A stretch of 64,000 nucleotides of DNA from Ramazzottius varieornatus (Eukaryota; Animalia; Tardigrada), in the NCBI GenBank assembly GCA_001949185.1, contig BDGG01000003.1, forward strand, positions 190,679 to 254,678. The letters are read 5' to 3'. Of the stretch, positions 1 to 12,242 are shown piece by piece (positions within the stretch are counted from its first letter, which is position 1; every line of letters starts with the position of its first letter). The notes beneath the pieces are model-generated. The model had not been told where the DNA came from. It made no database searches and saw only the letters and a program-made list of their open reading frames with translations. A program made the translations under genes and the position numbers.

Positions 1-450
1 TAGCCGATGTCTGATGCTGAAAGGCCATCACTCCGTTCTCAACAAAACAACCAACAGCTTTGATTCCAACTTTAACGGTACGACCCTCCACTGAGTATCT
101 TGATTGCTCCTTCGAAAACTTTTGGCTAACGGTTAATCTGTGTGGCCAACAATATTATTAGGAAACGGGGTATTAATGTTCTCGTAGGTACGGTACGGGA
201 CTGCATGTCACCCAACAATACGGCCCTTTATTTCCCGACATCTCAGTTTCCGAATGGAGCGCCTACAAAGGACGGTTGTTACAACCATATGGTCTTCAAT
301 CAACCAAGCGCTGGCAACGGCAGCCTGTCTTTCAATGGCACCCTGTGTCTTTGCTCGGAGAAAGAGTGTAATGCTGCGTATCGAACCGAACTGAGTGCGG
401 TATTCTTCCTTACCTTAGCTATGGCCGTGTTCTCCGCCCTAAACCGCTAG
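1..450 (+). CDS. Ly6/three-finger (quiver/sleepless-like) GPI-type protein, last two exons (5' end outside the window)
   Basis: Exon 1-77 (SRCLMLKG..NFN-G), GT-AG phase-1 intron 78-187, exon 188-450 with RDC..GC..GTLCLCSEKECN followed by a hydrophobic C-terminal tail. Confidence 0.75.
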
Positions 451-2228
451 TAACCGCACGTTTTCCCCAGCATCGACACCCAGACAGGATTTGGCCTTTG
501 TCTGCACTATCGATACACAGTAAAACTTTGATACGGTTATCCAATCGGAAATTCCCATAAAGTTAGCACATTTCTTACGACGTTTCCCTACGGGAAAAGA
601 AGACCTCAGCCTTCAGAACCAGAATGCGAAAGGCACCTCCATTGTGCGTTATATGATAGGTTTTCAGTTGTTGACGCGCGACCAAAACTCGTTTTGGCAT
701 GCTTTTGCCTTGCCGCAGGAGCCCCGCCATCGAATCCCGACCTTTTCCGCTCGTCGCCAAGTTGGGGACAGAAGGCGACCTTTCGCAACCCGATCTCGGT
801 ACCAAACTAGCATCCTCTTTAATGTGGCCCTTTGCCATCACCAAATCCCTTACAGGCTACCGAACACCCGAAAATCGCTTTTTATTACTGCATTTTGCAG
901 TTTAGGACGAGAGGATTGCCGATCCTTAGGTTCTCTTGTGAAACAGCTCGTATTATCTAATCAAATCGAATGCAGGTATGTTCTTGTAACGTAGACTTGC
1001 TTCGTGATAGTCGTTAGTGAATAACCACTCCTTGTGCAGATAAGGGACTGAGAATTTACAACAGTAACAACAATCTGGGTGACTTCCGGAATGCTGAGAA
1101 AGTGACGATATGGACAGCGCCTTCTACTGGTATGTGGAGCAACGGCGTGTGGGCTCCCGAGCTCCACCGCATCAATGGGCAGTTTTACGCGTACGTAGTA
1201 AGTTTAGCTGACAATGGTAACAACATCAATCACCGCATGTACGTCTTGAGGGCCGACGATAGCAATAATCCGATGGGGGCATATACTTTTATCGGAAAAA
1301 TTGCGGATGCGGGAAAGGATTGGTGGGCTATTGACGGGACTGTCATGCAGCATCGCAACGGCAGGAACTACTTCATCTATTCTGGCTGGGTAAAACGAAA
1401 ACTTCAACCGGGTCGTTGGTCCAAGTGGCGCACACCGTCAGCCAACAACAACGCAAACGTGCGCCGCTTGGGTAAATGGTCTGGGTATAAATCCGTTGTC
1501 GGCTAACAAATAAAAACTACACATGAATCCGCGTGTGGAATCTTACCGGGTTTCTCTCGACGAAGGATAAAGCGTACAACTACGACCCGATGGTCCAACA
1601 TCTGTTCATCGCCGAGATGGCCAGTCCAACTTCCATCGTCCCCGGTACAGCAACCTTGATCAAGAGCCCAGTTTTCCGTTGGGAGACTGACGGACAAGCA
1701 GTGGTCGAAGGACCGGCTGTAGTTGAACACAACGGATCGTATTATCTGTTATATTCGGCCGGCGCATCGTGGACAGAGTACTACAGCACGGGTGTGATGG
1801 CTCTCGACGGGAACTCGAACCCTTTGAACCCGGCCAGTTGGAAAACTACAGACCACACCATCTTCCCGCGCAACGAAGCTGATGGCGTGTTCGGACCTGG
1901 TCATGCATCCCCTAACGAACCTAATTTTACAAAACTACAGTAAAATACAAAGAAGGGTATTTTAGTGGGGATCTTCCAATGGCAGATATAGTGAAATTTC
2001 AACATTTCGGAAAGAATCAAAGTATTAGGATTTGTATTGGAAATTTTCGAGAAAGCAGAAAAAAGGAGTCAGATTTGCAGCAGAAAATTCAACAAAGAAG
2101 TATTGCTGCCGCAAAAATCAGCAGCGTGAAACGAGCAAATTCAACAGTATCAAAGATACCGCGTAGGCAATAAATTAGTAAATGATCAACGCGAATATCC
2201 TTTCCCAGTAACTTGAATCGAACATGAA

Positions 2229-3050
2229 CTATAACAAAGAAAGTCCGACATAATGTCTGGGACCGTTGCGAGTTAGCTGACGAGTACCGTGAACGTCTTT
2301 GTCGTGTGAAAACACTTCTTTTACCGCCAAGCCAATCCGACGTGACAGCGATCTCGTTTCCTTCTCCGTCGGCCGGCTGGGATCCATCCCCAGAATATCA
2401 GAGGCAACTCTATGGAGCACGAGCAACGCAGGTGTCTCTGCTCCTGAAATAATAGAATAATAAAATAACAGCACAGCGACCTTACCGTGACAGTGGTGAT
2501 GTTTTTCTCACATACAGGAATGCTGCTGAGCCAAAAAAATGGGACATGAGCGAATGAATTGAAGCAGATCGCTTTCTCAAGTGGCGCAGGTTTGTGTTCT
2601 TAATGGGTGAAAGTTTGCGCCACTTAGGAAAACGATTTGGTAAAAATCATCTACCCACATTCCAAATATACAAGCCAATTATGTCTTGAAACTTTCACAC
2701 ACCTGGGTCTTCCTTCAAAAGACTACTGAGTCCGTTAATCAACCGCTGGAACTCCTTCGAGGCTTCCTTCTTTGACTTGTAGGTTTCGCCGCGTTTAGGA
2801 CGGCTGTCGTATTCCTTCAAACAGTTGACCATCCTCCAGTATTCAGCAATTGCGTCCCCGCTTTGTAGCAACGATTCCTCAGGCTCCCGTGTGTCCTTTG
2901 ATTCCGGGTATCCGTACCACTACACGTGGTACAAAATACGAGTACCAAGGCCTTTCTGTCCTTCATGGCCAACAATGCGTTCAACGGTATATTTTCGCTT
3001 ACTGTTTTTCGGGGCTGAAACTCTCATATTCCCCTTCTGAACAAACCTAC
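2229..3050 (-). pseudogene. Chromodomain-protein gene carried inside the transposon
   Basis: YTVERIVGH...ILYHV*WYGYPESKDTREPEESL (about 2991-2835). TAG at 2920-2922 replaces the usual K, and TWEP has become TREP. A probable downstream exon lies at ~2444-2229. Gene limits are approximate. Confidence 0.75.
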
Positions 3051-3807
3051 TGGCACCCATATTCAATAAGATCCTGACGATAAATTCAGACACTACTAAG
3101 CGATGGCGCGATAGTGATAAATTTTCCGGAGAGCAAGCTGGGACAGATAGTATCACGAGGCTGTAAGCAATTCGAACGGCGCAGCAATGGAATTGAACAT
3201 CTGCGCGTGTCTAACGGCAAGACAGATGTCGGTCAGCCTTTGCAGCACTGCAACGACCAGATCCAGTCTGAAGACAGGCAGGGAGAATTTTTCTGAGAAG
3301 GTGCGCCTGTTCCGTATATTGAACATCCTTGTTTACTTTCTCATTGTTTCTTGCGGAGCCAAGCCTGGCTGCTTGTTATTCATCCCGTAACATTCTGAAG
3401 CATGTGTGGGGTGGTATTTGACGTATACAGCGTGCTGCAATATAGTATGCAAATGTCCGCGTGTATTTCGATACGTTGACGTCACACGCTGCCATATTGT
3501 TCGAATGTGCAGGCAACTCCGGGCCAACTTACCTATTATTAAAAAAGCTAGAAATACGAAATCACAAATCTCAAGTTTAGTCTGTACTTGGCTCCCGTAT
3601 ACAATGCTTGGAGTCTAGTCATTCCTGTATGAAACTGTGCTGTGCAGTAACCATCGGATTGCGATGGTGAAAGCATCGGACTGCGATGGTGCAAGCATCG
3701 GACTGCGATGGGAGTTGGCCTTGAGCTGCACCTGCAACACAGAGGCCACCGGTCAAGCAAAATGTGGGCCACCACGACGACCTAGTTGAACACGGTATAA
3801 GCCACCG

Positions 3808-6038
3808 ATGTCTAGCGAGTCTAATTTAACAGCATCCATTGAAGTAATTTATGTGATTTCGTTTTCGGGATTTTTTCAGGGAAGGAAGAAGAATGCGCCA
3901 GCCAAGCGGAGCTCACGTATGGTCAATACCGAACGTGCAGAGTCCGACCGCAACAAGCGCAACGAACTGAATAACCGCCGGTTATTTGAGAGCACAGATT
4001 GCCGTAAGCGACAGCATCGGAGTGCGGATGGGGAGGACGAAGAGAGCGATAGTGAGACCGCGCCAGGTCCTATTGTAAAGTCAGCAGTTCAATATAAGCC
4101 CAAGATATCCTTTCGAAAGAGCACAAACAGATCGCGTTCGAGCTCGGCGTCGTCTGTGGAAGGCAGCCGTTCATCCAACTCATCGTCCAACGCGGCCAAA
4201 GACAGACATAATAAGAGTGATATAGACCGCGACCGAAGCCATTCCAAGAGTGCAGAATTTGGAGAGGTTGAGAATGAAGATGAGTGGAGCGAAAACGACT
4301 GGACGCGTTGACCAGAAGGCAAGTCAACCCCAGTCATTCCTAAAATATTTCTTTGAAATATAAGTGTGTTGATGGAGATATTTTGGGTGATACGATATCA
4401 AAAATGAGTGCGCGGTTAAAATACTCGACAGAAAACGTTTTCAAGTGGCGCACGTTCATTGGCAATAGATCCATAAATATGCGCCACTAGGGTAAACCAC
4501 GATGTTAGGCTTGTGTGCCGGGTCCGCGGACGACCTAAATCAGTTTCAGCATGTTCGTGATTGACGGTTTCCAGTATTCGATCTGGTGTTGTTGTAGCGC
4601 GCGAAAATGTTGGACACAGCTCAGACTCCGGACTGGACTCAGAGGAAGATAGTCGTCGGAAGAAGACGCGGGAGTCTGGTAAATTCCATTTTGGGCGTCG
4701 GCAAATTATCTGAACAAAGTTGTCATCCCAGGAGCCGCACGCTTTCACTGTAAATTATTGGAAATGTGCGCCACTTGGATATGCGATCGTTTTCAAATCA
4801 TTTAGTGACGGCTGAATTTTCGTAACTTATAACAGTGCAACATTTTTTCTAACACCAGAACTAATTACTGACTGCTTTTACAGCAGATACAAATCTTGCC
4901 GGAAGTCGGAATGGTCTTCCTCCGGACGAGCAACCTGACTGGATGGTCGACAGAGAAAGCGGTATGGTAACTGAAGCACCGTAATTTGATACGCCGGTAT
5001 TAAATAGGGTTTTGCAGTGATGCCGGCCATCATTCATCCGACTACTCTCCCATCACGGACGGTATGGATGAAACGGAGAAATGCAAAGTTTATCGTTCCT
5101 TTCATTTGAAGAAGGCTAAAGGTAAACCAAGGAGTGATTAGTAATATATTAAGATCTTGGCCGGAAAGGCAAACGATTGGGCAGATCGGCACACAAACTC
5201 GAGCAGGACGTTTCTTAAGTGGCGCACGTTTCCCTTGTTGCTGGTTGGAAAGCCTGCGCTGATTACAATCTGATCTTGTCCTGCCTGTTTTCCGAAGTGG
5301 CGCACGTTGGCCGATATTAGTGGCTGGAGGCGAGCACCACTTCGAGAACCATTATCTCGGAATTACTATCCTGGAGTGACGCAAGCTTACGGTACTATTG
5401 GCTGAAAGTGTGCGTCACGTGCAAAGTGATCTGGTCGAATTGTCTTCCCAAGTGGCGCAAGTTTTCGATATTATTGACCGGTTGCGAGCGCCAATTTGAG
5501 AAACCATTCTGTCGGAATTATTATCCCCAAGTTGCGCACGTTTACAATGTTATAGCCTGAAAGCGTTCGTTATTCGAAAAGAGATCTATCGCGTTTGTAT
5601 GCCGAGCTCCGATCTGTTGGTCTCTATTCTGCAGAGTACGAGCAAATACTGAAGGAACTCGGAGCCGTCAAAGAGCGTAAGCCGAAGCTTAAAGGTACGC
5701 GATCATCCGTCCCGTGGTATTGCTCAGCTCGACATTTTCGAAAATACTTATGCCTGTGTTCTGTCCTTAGTGCCAGAAATTAAATGGTCGTTCCTCAAAG
5801 ACGAGAAGAAAGTCGATAAGACGATCTACCAGCGCCTGGGAAAATCCGACATCTGGGTGAAGAAGCGAAAATTACAAGAGCTGCAAGAAAAAGCGAAGGA
5901 TATGGACGAATACGCCCGCAAGCTGATGTGGAATATCCTGGTTCCTTCGGAAGATGTTTTGGCACTGGCAGATAAGAAGGTGAAAGGTATCGGATTCGTA
6001 AAGATGTTCGGAAAGAAAAACTTCGAAAATTTGTTAGG
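3808..6038 (+). pseudogene. Multi-exon gene with an S/R/D/E-rich N-terminus and a BEN-like domain, truncated
   Basis: Exons ~3880-4318, 4575-4678, 4884-4961, 5018-5121, 5634-5694 and 5771-6038 with mostly GT-AG borders. The last exon reads IWVKKRKLQELQEKAKDMDEYARKLMWNILVPSEDV, resembling the first helices of a BEN domain. In-frame TGA at 4309; no further exon found. Confidence 0.45.
5205..5580. repeat. Tandem array of ~77-bp hairpin units (AAGTGGCGCA-N~25-TGCGCCACTT), intronic
   Basis: Motif variants start at ~5217, 5295, 5373, 5450 and 5530. Alternate units resemble each other more closely (~155-bp dimer). Confidence 0.7.
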
Positions 6039-6777
6039 TAAGCCATGAGCATATCCTTCGCTTTGTTGCCTTCGGCCCTAATGTGGACGCGACGTCGCAG
6101 TCCGAAACCACCCTGGTCGCAGTCCGATGTCGTGAAGAGAGATTACTGTATTCCCTCGATTGTTTCGCGAATCACGTGATGGTCGACGTAAATATTACCC
6201 GGCGGGGCTAGAAAGGTGCCCGCGGGTTAATAAAAATAGTCTCAGTTCTGTACGAGAGGATGAAGATCTGTGAACCTGATAGCTTCCTTGTTCTCGCCGT
6301 AGTATTTTCGGTCTGATTCATGCACCGAAGTTTTTCTCTGCGTGTTCCATATTATTGTCTGTTCCCTTTCACGGCCTTTTCTCGCAATTGAAGGTCGGAT
6401 CACATAGCGTGCTGCTACTACAGCCATAAATATTTGAAGCTGAAATTCCGAACGGATCGTCAACCAGATTTGTGCACTGCATTCTGAGGCTACGTAATTG
6501 CAAGTCAGATCAGTAGGCTATGAAATGGTACGTAAATACCTGCCCTTGTTTTTGCGCTGCTAATTCAGACTTTGGGAAGTGCGCCGCAAATACATTGATT
6601 TAGTCGCCGTATTTGAAACATGAACTTTCATAGAGAAAATACTCCCAAAAATTTGCAGGAAAATTAAATTTCTCGTTTATTATGACCATTAGGGATCGTT
6701 TACGACCTCACTCGATGGAAAGGAGAACTGGATCGTATACCACGCTCTAGACAGACGGGTGAGCATGATTCTACTCA

Positions 6778-9223
6778 CAAGGGGATTACGGCAGTCCTCC
6801 GCGTCCGACAGCCAGTTTGATACCATAGAACGGTAGAGGAGAGTCTTCTCTACGAACTAAGAAAGAGTTGGCGTACCAAGTGGAATCCTGGAAGACACGG
6901 CAGGAACTGGAAGTAAAGCTAGATTTTGGGGCGGAACTGCCCTGATTTCTTACAATCAAGGCTCTTGATTGCCTAACGATTGATTTAGCTACTGATTGAC
7001 CAAAACTGCTTTCACCAAGCTCCGAAATCGGTATTGCGCACTTGCAAGAATTCTCCTTCGATTCCTGTTTCTTCCCAATTGACTACTGATCAAAATGGAA
7101 TCTGTAATTCCGCTCAACATATTGAGACTGCTGGAGGTAGACTATGAGCAGCGCTATCAACCGACCGCTTCTCCGAGTGAATCTGACAAGTTATTGAGGC
7201 TGATCATCAAAGGTAAATTTCAATTGATTCTGGATATGAAGGTAGTGTAAAAAGTATACTAAACTTACCGTTCTTACAGAGTTTTTGGACAACCATATCG
7301 TCCAGTTTCACGCCCCCGCGGTCAATGTCGAGGAAGACCTGGAGTACGAACGGCAGCTTGACGTATCCACATTCGAAGAACTGGAGGAATCTGTCCCCAA
7401 TGGAAACCTGTTGAATGGCCACGACGAAGCTGATTTTGAGAGCGTTCAAGATGACCGCCTCTACGAGCCTGTCTCAAGTGCAACTGAACCGTCGTCCCAT
7501 GAGCTCTTCATTCCGAGAATACCAGATCCAAAGGTAGAAGCGAGTCAGGCAGCCAGTCTTGATTACAAGAAGCGTGCTGTGAGTTACTGGCGGAGCACGA
7601 AAAGGAAACGTCGTGCTTTGGCAAGTGTTTAGAAGGTCTTCAGCAAGGTTACCAGCGCGCGACAGCTGGGGAACGTCAGGTTAGAGAAGGTGGCTCGCGG
7701 CCAGACAAACTGAAAGCTTCACGTTTGGAAACGGGCAAACAGTTCTTCTTGGCCAAGAAAAAGCCACACGTCGTAAAAGACATGGACATACGAAGATGGG
7801 CCGTCACAGCAAATCGAGAAATTGGCTTGGAAGATTTCACAGCATCTCCTTATTGGGTTGGGAAGTTTAAACAGTGAGTTTTAAACAATAATAATTATTT
7901 GTACGCTAATGTTTCAGTAATGCATGTTTCGCTGTTCGTGGCAGTGCTCATCAGAATTAATTTTGTTTCGTAGGTACTACGGTATTTGTGACCGAAAAAT
8001 CACAGCGTTCGTCACGGCAAAAAATCTACGAGAAGCTCCTGATGTGAAGAAGGATGCAGACGAGTGCGTGGCATACGTGCGATCAAGAATCCAAGCTTAC
8101 GGGTTGGACTGTCTGTGGAATGCTGATCAGTCAGGGTTCGAGTATGAGATGCGGCCTGGCCGAACTCTGGACTTCATCGGAGCGAAGCATGTCCTGGCTT
8201 AAACCCAGTCCGAAAACTCGATGACTCACAGCTATACAGTTATGATGGCCGTTTCGCCGGGTAATCGGAAGTTTCTTCCCGTGCTTTTCATCACATTGCA
8301 GGAAGATAAGGGCGTTTTCGGACCAATCGTGTCCAAAGCTTTGTTCAAGGCTAGGAACCTGCACGTCACTGCTTCCAAGTCTGGACAGATGACAAAAGAG
8401 CTATACATTGAATGGTGCGAAAAAGTGTTCTTCCCTCAAATGAACGGACACTGCTTCTTCTTGGCGGACTCCTGGAAAACGTTTGCTGACCACGACGCTG
8501 TTGAAGAAGTCAAGCCGGAAAAACTGGAGTACGAAATGATCACCATCCCACCCAAGGTGACTGGTTCCATTCAACCGCTTGGCGTGCTTTGGTTTCGCAT
8601 GTACAAGGGCTACTTTAGAAAGATCTCTAACTGGATCTTTCTCAACGACGAGCCTGTACAAGTTCACCATAGAGACGTAATTTTGAAACTACATTCTCTC
8701 ATTTACCAGCAATTCACTTCTCCTCGATTCGAGAATTTGATTGCACAAGCCTGGCACTTGTCAGGATATACTGACAAATCTGTTAAGTACATCAACCCTA
8801 CCGAATTTTGCTTTGAAGAGCTGAACGGCCATTGCGACCACGACAACTGCAAAAACTCTTTGCTTTTGAAATGTGGTTGGTGTAAAGCTCCTCTTTGCTT
8901 CCATCACTTTTACGATGTTTATCACTTTTGTAAAATCTTTCTTCCTTGATGTTTTCTCATTAGTCGATCTGCGTTTTGGTAAATCAGAAAATCAGTTTGG
9001 GTCAATCAGTAGCTAAATCAATCGTTAGGCAATCAAGAGCCTTGATTGTAAGAAATCAGGGCAGTTCCGCCCCAAAATCTAGCTTTACTTCCAGTTCCTG
9101 CCGTGTCTTCCAGGATTCCACTTGGTACGCCAACTCTTTCTTAGTTCGTAGAGAAGACTCTCCTCTACCGTTCTATGGTATCAAACTGGCTGTCGGACAC
9201 GGAGGACTGCCGTAATCTCCTTG
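6778..9223 (+). mobile_element. Tc4/Tc5-like (pogo-related DDE_1) transposon with ~230-bp TIRs, inside a GH43 intron
   Basis: C-TCA|CAAGGGGATTACGG ... CCGTAATCTCCTTG|TCA-G, a TNA duplication at a CTNAG target. TIRs 6778-~7008 and ~8994-9223 are nearly identical. Confidence 0.92.
7095..8949 (+). pseudogene. Tc5-like transposase, inactivated
   Basis: WNADQSG, THSYT, SGQM, LADSW and IQPLGV (third catalytic D replaced by G), plus a Cys/His-rich tail. Stops at 7630 and 8200; contains introns. Confidence 0.85.
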
Positions 9224-9761
9224 TCAGTCCGATGAACTGAGTCAGAAAATAGAAATCGTGTTTTTCACATATTTAGGACGGCGGATGGGGTAACCGGACA
9301 CCTCGAGCTCAGAAGTACTTCTTCGACGACACCGGCTTCCCAGTCTTTCCTCCCGCGGTTGGATCCCATCATGAGCTTCCGTTGCCTTCCGGCACGAGGC
9401 TGTAGAGAGAATTACGTGTGCGTTTGGTTAATTTAGTGCAAAAAGCGGCCCATGAGATAAGCGCATATAATCGCACGTAATAACCTAGTGGAGTGGGACA
9501 GTGTTTGAATAAAAATGCCCCATTTTTAGCTTTTCGGTGCGTTGCTCATTGACAGCACAGTACTTCAGAAGTCTTCGGTTCACGTTCTTATCAATTATCA
9601 TTGTCCTATCGTCTCTTGTTTACTTCTATCAACAAGATAACGTAAGTTAACTGAAGAGTTCAGCTGTTGTCCACTCATGCTAACGAAATAGGGAGTATCG
9701 ATTCCGGCATTAGAGTAAGTTTAGTTTCATCGCAGCGTGTTCTGACTGATGAGCTAGGGTA

Positions 9762-10407
9762 ATGTCGCAAAACTTGCTGCTGGTTGGCGTTGGGTTGACC
9801 CTCACTTTTTTTCTGTCCATTGGAACGGGTAAATATTCTGCTAGCGCTACTAAAATTACAGTCTTTGAGGGTTTTGCCAACTCTGGATCGAATGCGTTGT
9901 GTTGCAGGTGGTGCTCTGCACTGTAACACATGCAACGTTGGGCAATCAACGTGCAAGAACAAGGCAGATTACCATCCAGAGGAATGCTCCCACGAAACTG
10001 TGTACTGTATGAAGGCAGATGGTGTGCATGAAGAGAATAACGGGAAAACTGGAGAAATTACCAGAAGCACAGGTCAGTTACACTGGACATGCGCTTGAGA
10101 AGTCTGCCACCGAGTCGACCACGCTGTTACATGTTCTACAGGTATCTGGAGAGCATGTGGCGACCCGGAAGTTGCCAAAGTCTTATTCAGCGAGCCCGAC
10201 GTGAAAAAGCATGTTCATGGGTGTACGGTGAATACGGGTGTGAGGACGGATATCCCTATTGTACACTCATTGGCTGTGAGGACCGTTAGCTACCGTGGCA
10301 CGGTTTGTTTGTGTTCTGGTGATAACTGCAACGGCTCGCACTCGGTGACGCATCCGGTGTCCTCAATTCTGTTCTTACTTTTAATAATCGCCTTCATTTG
10401 CATCTAA
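9762..10407 (+). CDS. Ly6/three-finger (quiver-like) GPI-type protein
   Basis: Exons 9762-9828 (signal peptide MSQNLLLVGVGLTLTFFLSIGTG), 9908-10071 (ALHCNTC..C..C..YC) and 10142-10407 (RAC..GC..CLCSGDNCN plus hydrophobic tail). Both introns are phase 1. Confidence 0.82.
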
Positions 10408-12242
10408 CGGGTCAGCTGATAGAACGACGGTGAACTGATGCGGTACTTGTGAGAGAGCAACCTTTATAAAGTCCGCTCGCTCGAAATCCGTGCTGAGTTC
10501 GATGATCTCGAAACATGAAAAACATTCAAAGTTGACGATAGTGCTCACCATGCATGCCTACTACAGCCGGATACCTGGTACTTGATTGCTTGATTACATC
10601 AGTTGAAGCATTGTGTAATCTAGATGTTACGTAAGTTTGACCTTTGGCCTTTGGCCTGGCATGTCGTGTGGCGAATGTTAAGCGGGCCTCAAACTGGAAC
10701 CGAAATTATTTTGTACGGATTTCGAGCTGGTAGACTTAATCTGTGTACTCTGTTGACAAAAGAATTACTGTTCAAGGCTTCAGTTAATGTCTAGCTCCAA
10801 CAGAGTGAATAACTCTGACGATTCACACCATTGAACGGGACGTTTTGAAAGCCGACAGGCCTGCCCAAGCTGGTGTTGCCGTGTCCCACGACTTTGAAAC
10901 AGGATAACGTTGTCGGGCGGCATTCCTTCATCTGAGAGTCTTCTGCCTGTGCGCAGGTCAACTTGTCGTTCTTGCGGACGTTGCACCGGATACCGTCACC
11001 TGTCGAATTAAAACAAATTCAAAAATCGTCTAGCATATAATGAAAACGGTGAATGCACGTCGGTAGAGACTTAATGTGAGAAAGTAATAAGCAGAGAACG
11101 GTCAGGGCGATGGCAACAGGGATAATCTTCCCGATAGATATCTCCACTGGACAGACGGTTGCTGGCGGGCAAGCAAACCTCAACGAAACTTCAGTATTCA
11201 AAGCTCTCAAACCCTGCAGTTGCCGATAGTTCGTTTTCAACATCACTGCTTCAGTGTGAGCAGCTTTTGCTCGCGCCATTCCCAAAGGAACATGGACAGA
11301 AAAGTCTGATATCCAGATCGTAAACCGCCAGGCCTTGCGGCACGCTTACATCGTTGGGATTGTATGGTAATCGGGGATGATTGCAGGGTCTGATGATTAT
11401 ATCCGTGTATTCATATTCGCCTCTGTATGCACCGGCCAACGATACTAGAGACCCATCGTTTTTACACTTTCGTCCTCGTTAGGTCATCGGCGAACAACAC
11501 ACCCACATTCAATTCTCAATTGTTTCGCTACATGCAACAGTCACGTGTTTACAATCATCAGACTCGGTTGATCCTGCTCACGTTTTACGGAACCATGTTT
11601 CTTTCAGCGCCAGGTTCGATAAACTGATACAGGAATTCAATGGGGGTCATTTTACATGTAGTGTTTCAAGCGATTTATGTCAGTACTCCAGTACGAACCA
11701 TATGGGAAAACATCGCAGGGCTCCGAAAAGTTTTAGCGTCGCCACAGTCATGCTATAGATATCGCAAAATTTCACTGCATCCGATACTTACGCCCCTTCA
11801 ATAAATAAATTCAATAAATTGTCCCCCTGGCAGAGCAGGGATTTATTCCCTGACCACCCGGTGAAAATTTCCCATACCTGGATTTACTGTGTCGTATGCA
11901 CCGAATTCTTGCAGCAAGTTTACGACAACCAGCAGGACTCCATGTGTTTCGTGTGGCAAATCGGAAACTATCAAAGAGCGTGGGTCTTGTTTGTCTTCCT
12001 GTCGAAAAGATACCACTTCAGCAAACAATCGTCTAACTAATCCATGAGCGCGGAGTATTATCAGCTAACGATAGGAGGCCTTCTTCTCACGGTAAGACAA
12101 CTTGCATCATTGTCGTATAGCTCAAGCAGTGGAACCAACAAAGTCTGTCTACAGAACAGTCTTGCTTTTAAAGAACCTTCGCAGATTATTAGACTTTTGC
12201 AGTTCCTAAGTTTTTCAGCAGACACGAACCCGACAAGCTAAA

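Larger units (their letters stand above)
3645..6148. mobile_element. Probable nested element with CAGTAA...TTACTG termini and inverted subterminal CATCGGACTGCGA repeats
   Basis: Three ~22-bp tandem units at 3652-3710 and reverse-complement units (TCGCAGTCCGA x2) at 6095-6128. Flanks are TG and TA, so the TSD is imperfect. Confidence 0.5.
1910..6694. mobile_element. 4.8-kb non-autonomous DNA transposon, CCC...GGG termini, 3-bp TSD (CMC/EnSpm-like)
   Basis: ATC|CCCTAACGAACCTAAT ... ATTATGACCATTAGGG|ATC, an imperfect ~16-bp TIR. Precise excision restores the GH43 frame. Superfamily inferred from termini and TSD length only. Confidence 0.85.
906..9405 (+). pseudogene. GH43 glycoside hydrolase (bacterial-type alpha-L-arabinofuranosidase-like), intron-containing, disrupted
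   Basis: Exons ~906-975 (IADP*VLL*NSSYYL, stops at 927 and 939 where W is expected), 1040-1389 (WAPELH, WAIDGT), 1566-1909 (VEGP, GPGHAS), 6698-6758 (FTTSLDGKENWIVYHA) and 9277-9405 (GWGNRTPRAQK..GFPVF). Removing 1910-6697 restores GPGHASFTTS in frame. A degraded 5' exon probably lies at ~700-855. Confidence 0.88.

Noticed and set aside
5205-5580. CRISPR-like repeat/spacer appearance
   Set aside because: Repeats are degenerate and palindromic around the variable part, lie in a eukaryotic intron, and have no cas genes nearby.
1910-6694. Termini equal the telomeric hexamers CCCTAA/TTAGGG
   Set aside because: Only one hexamer at each end, forming part of an imperfect TIR; there is no array.
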